Positions 36,901 to 38,984 of a DNA stretch of 38,984 nt are shown one piece after another. The notes below the pieces were generated by a model, which saw only the letters and a list, made by a program, of their open reading frames with translations, was not told where the DNA came from and made no database searches. The position numbers and the translations under genes were made by a program. This DNA comes from a virus. Lineage: Duplodnaviria > Caudoviricetes. How positions within the stretch are numbered: position 1 is the stretch's first letter; every line of letters starts with the position of its first letter. Location of the stretch: positions 1 to 38,984 of IMG/VR virus record IMGVR_UViG_3300016472_000307. One strand, written 5' to 3'.

Positions 36901-38574
36901 TTCATTATATGCCGAAATACCACCGTTATCCGCTTGAATTAATAACTGAGTATTGGCACAGTTAGATGAATTCCACGAACATCTACCTGTAGCTCTTACT
37001 GCCCAAACATATACTGGCACCATCCCTACTGGACATTGAACGGTCGGTGTTATTCTCGGTGTCACAACAAAAGGCGGTGGAGTTGATGTTTGTGTTGGTG
37101 TTTGTGTTGGTGTTGGGTAGAGTCCATTAATACAAGAGCTACAACTATTAAATTGTGTTGTAAGTAAACCATTTTGCGGACCGTTAGTATCCAAATCTAA
37201 GATCATTCCGCAGATTGTGTTAGAGTTAAGTACATAATTGTTAAAAGACGAAGATATGTTAAATTGTATAGTGTCGCCTATTGATAAAGTACTACCAATT
37301 AAAGTTGAACTATCGTATACAACAGAAATTTCTCTTGAAGAAAGAGAACAACCTAAAGATCCTGAATTTTGATAAATAATATTTGGATTAAAAACCATAT
37401 TAGTAAATCTAAGCGGTGGTGGAGAGGAAGAAACTAAAGTTGCGGCTGAATAATACCACGTATGTACAATTTCATAATAAGGAGGATACAAGGTTGGTAC
37501 AGGATCTACTATTCGCATATAAGTCCAGTGAATCCCAGGTTGTTTAGTAATTGTTTGTCTAATACCATGACAATCAACAAAACTTATCAATTGAGTTTGA
37601 TAATTTGAATTTACTGATGGATTTGCGCTAACAGTATATTTATAGTTAGCACATCTATATCCTACGAATGAATCATAAATAACAACTTTGGCCGTTTTAA
37701 TCGGGTTAACTCTAGTAATAGCTGGTGTTCTAGATGGTATAGGTAAAAAAGCGTTGGTATAATCAGTATAAATATTAGCATAGATAGAAGTAGTAGAGTC
37801 TTGAATAAGTGGAATACTTGTTGAATTTACTGTTCTTGACCAAGCACTATTTCTACTTTCAAATGGAATGTTAAGTTCTAAAGTTTGTGTTGTATTGTTA
37901 CAGTCTAAATAATCTATCAACAGAAGTCCATAAAACTCTTGAATTTCAGAAGAAGATATTGAATAAGTATAACATATATCAGAATCTAATATTGGTTCAT
38001 TATAACTACCACATACTTTTCCCCAAAAATTTTCAGTATTTTCTAACAAAACATTTTCAGAATTACTAATTAATTCTGGTTGTCCTGCAGATATAAAATA
38101 ATACGGTATATTTTCTGTGCCAACAAAAGTTCCAAATATTACATTTGAATATGTCCCGCCAGAAGAACAACTAATGTATTTTAAAGTTGCCTGTCCAACT
38201 AAAGACCAAGTATAACAATCACGACACGAATCTTCATTAGAAATCAATTTAAAATTAACAATATTACCATATTCAAAAATGTAATCAGTCGAATCCAATG
38301 TAGAAGATACGATTGCAAGGGTTATTTCTACATATTCAGAATTAGTTGAATTAATTGATTGTACTGTGTATATTCCACTACTATCTCCAATAGTAATTTG
38401 AATTGTTGCTGGAATACTTAATCTCATCCAGTTATTTCTAGCCCAAACGCCAGTAATATCTTTATTTCCCATCGAGATTGTAATTAAATCCCACGTTGTT
38501 GAGTTACTATTCCATTGTCCAAAGTCATTAATTAAATCCGGGCTAGACACCCAAGTAGTATATTGAAAATTCAT
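33961..38574 (-). CDS. Very large Pro/Thr-rich, Cys-rich modular protein (putative virion fibre/adhesin)
   Basis: 1537 aa; repeated C..Y/W...Y.DC modules, two related ~190-aa beta domains (F.N..TNP.LAIYSLG...GAESY.IVQFTG; FSNSVANPLMVVMGLG...GADGFGIIQFTG) and long TPTPT linkers. Confidence 0.75.
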   Translation of the reverse strand: MNFQYTTWVSSPDLINDFGQWNSNSTTWDLITISMGNKDITGVWARNNWMRLSIPATIQITIGDSSGIYTVQSINSTNSEYVEITLAIVSSTLDSTDYIFEYGNIVNFKLISNEDSCRDCYTWSLVGQATLKYISCSSGGTYSNVIFGTFVGTENIPYYFISAGQPELISNSENVLLENTENFWGKVCGSYNEPILDSDICYTYSISSSEIQEFYGLLLIDYLDCNNTTQTLELNIPFESRNSAWSRTVNSTSIPLIQDSTTSIYANIYTDYTNAFLPIPSRTPAITRVNPIKTAKVVIYDSFVGYRCANYKYTVSANPSVNSNYQTQLISFVDCHGIRQTITKQPGIHWTYMRIVDPVPTLYPPYYEIVHTWYYSAATLVSSSPPPLRFTNMVFNPNIIYQNSGSLGCSLSSREISVVYDSSTLIGSTLSIGDTIQFNISSSFNNYVLNSNTICGMILDLDTNGPQNGLLTTQFNSCSSCINGLYPTPTQTPTQTSTPPPFVVTPRITPTVQCPVGMVPVYVWAVRATGRCSWNSSNCANTQLLIQADNGGISAYNETGIVCNPFYIYSFNSGAPSSWCNGMTVSNRNLNLKYVASQTAPQLIAAYSGNSQFIDLTTCDYLFQTWIVGTANLDTDGNLYSYLPNNAAYLPQISGCTVPFNCINVTPTRTPRPTPTPTSCGGVSWGEYSFSYDQMNFYRNGSYISTGWWETPQNSSLQLTVSSLESGIVGVCNCQYPYDYLNCVDKNPASTYGLQVIGDGMVTFHFTNALTNPQLAIYSLGNNFAYATCRFFKGSYDFPEPIMSGSTGFTVSCVGATSWNANPVSSVSNGVSGAESYLIVQFTGTYSFITLELSGNTTYTSFVWGVPCSLPPTPTPTLSSTPNCQLCPCYTWAFGIRDPLVYTNTFPYDYFNYTDCSSSQQRTVALNISSAGSTFCMQEPGPTWLYGPSGFTWERLSACGVQNCVGRCDCSFPNVRWASFLSGSFVDFNNGITASISIRGLSATATYDGPLTNYTQLNCLVKPANESQQFLKLTNSGEYNIRFSNSVANPLMVVMGLGSFGLQGSITSNVGFNVNCLDNLTLNFLTNTIFGADGFGIIQFTGNVTNLTLIFTPPTAQPNVWISFGVPCVPLATPTPTPNATLSSTPIPAITPTSTMTMTNTNTQTVTKSSTPTLSLTSSPNSSPTQTPTNTFTPTPTLTRTPTNTYSNTPLPTVTSTCFGSVQICSSYRVSGGTPGTIVTYTYFDCNTGSAITMLVVGSTIATVCSRFTPVWSIIAGGPSGFSVEISQGCGTYCSSLSATLTPTPTRTLLSTPTPTPTRTSTPSTTSTQTPTVTPTMTQTATPTSSLGSTPKPTPTNTVSPTRTITPTPSSTIPGCECVEYVILSPPAGEAPFEITWTSCFNNSMLTLNDPSAWTLTSDKPIPNPFNLTACFGSVSILPEISEVMVSGGAAGCTCFEFFINSTEYNKACRNNVFVWYQCCTGEILQYKVTNLNFTISALKIYSVIGLSTDCFTYQRLPKSVWVELGDSGVTECGVGC

Positions 38575-38601
38575 ATTGTTTTTTTTTGTATATTATTTAT
38601 T

Positions 38602-38982
38602 TTAACAGAGACCCGAAATTGAAGTAATCGCACCAGTAGCGCCATTAACTTCGTAGTTTATAACCGCATTTGACACATAATCGAATCCAGTCGCTGGTGT
38701 GGTCAAATTAGAGTCAATATAAAGTATGTCATTTATCTGAAGATTAGCAAATGACGATCTTATTCCATAAAATGTATTACCAGTTTCACTACAAGCCTGA
38801 CTATCACTACCACCAGTACCTAAATTACTATAACTATAAGAAGTAAATCCACTTGTTTTTGTTACAGTATTTGTTATAGTGTTTGTTGGTGTTTGAGTAA
38901 CTGTTGGTGTTTGAGTAACTGTCGGTGTTTGAGTACTTGTTGATGTATTTGTTGGTGTTTGAGTAACTGATGGTGTTTGAGA
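38602..38982 (-). CDS. C-terminal part of another PT-rich protein with a two-Cys module (partial)
   Basis: ...TQTPTVTQTPTNT...GGSDSQACSETGNTFYG...NLQINDILYID...GAITSISGLC*; open to the right edge. Confidence 0.75.
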   Translation of the reverse strand, partial: SQTPSVTQTPTNTSTSTQTPTVTQTPTVTQTPTNTITNTVTKTSGFTSYSYSNLGTGGSDSQACSETGNTFYGIRSSFANLQINDILYIDSNLTTPATGFDYVSNAVINYEVNGATGAITSISGLC

Positions 38983-38984
38983 GG

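Noticed and set aside
1-38984. Stop-codon reassignment
   Set aside because: Long conserved genes are uninterrupted in the standard code. TGA read-through at 2199 would add only a short tail, less convincing than the +1 frame.
1-38984. tRNA, rRNA or other structured RNA genes
   Set aside because: Intergenic spaces are short and AT-rich, and no cloverleaf or other recognisable RNA motif was seen.

Overview
This is an AT-rich, densely coding segment of a large contractile-tailed (myovirus-type) dsDNA phage. A Bacteroidota-like host is a weak guess, based on A-rich gene starts lacking Shine-Dalgarno motifs. The minus strand holds a morphogenesis block, listed in reading order: putative head-closure protein, putative tail-completion protein, tail sheath, tail tube, a divergent tube paralog, a tail-assembly chaperone/baseplate-hub-like gene and a partial tape-measure gene. 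The window also encodes a family B DNA polymerase, an SNF2 helicase, a Mn/Fe superoxide dismutase, a neck-like protein, a HAD hydrolase, a Zn-finger-repeat homing-type endonuclease and several large Pro/Thr- and Cys-rich modular proteins. The main finding is a ~13 kb array (10.0-23.3 kb) of six paralogous trypsin-fold (Nal1-like) protease genes embedded among the head-tail joining genes. They carry seven protease domains: five have an intact His/Asp/Ser triad and two have lost it. The array shares Cys-rich modules with the putative tail-completion protein and shows traces of a ~5.3 kb tandem duplication and a recent 51-bp homogenised tract. Other findings are a likely +1/-2 programmed frameshift in the chaperone gene and a ~165-bp two-hairpin IS200/IS605-like miniature element inserted in a putative late-promoter motif. 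All family assignments come from reading motifs by eye; no database searches were run.
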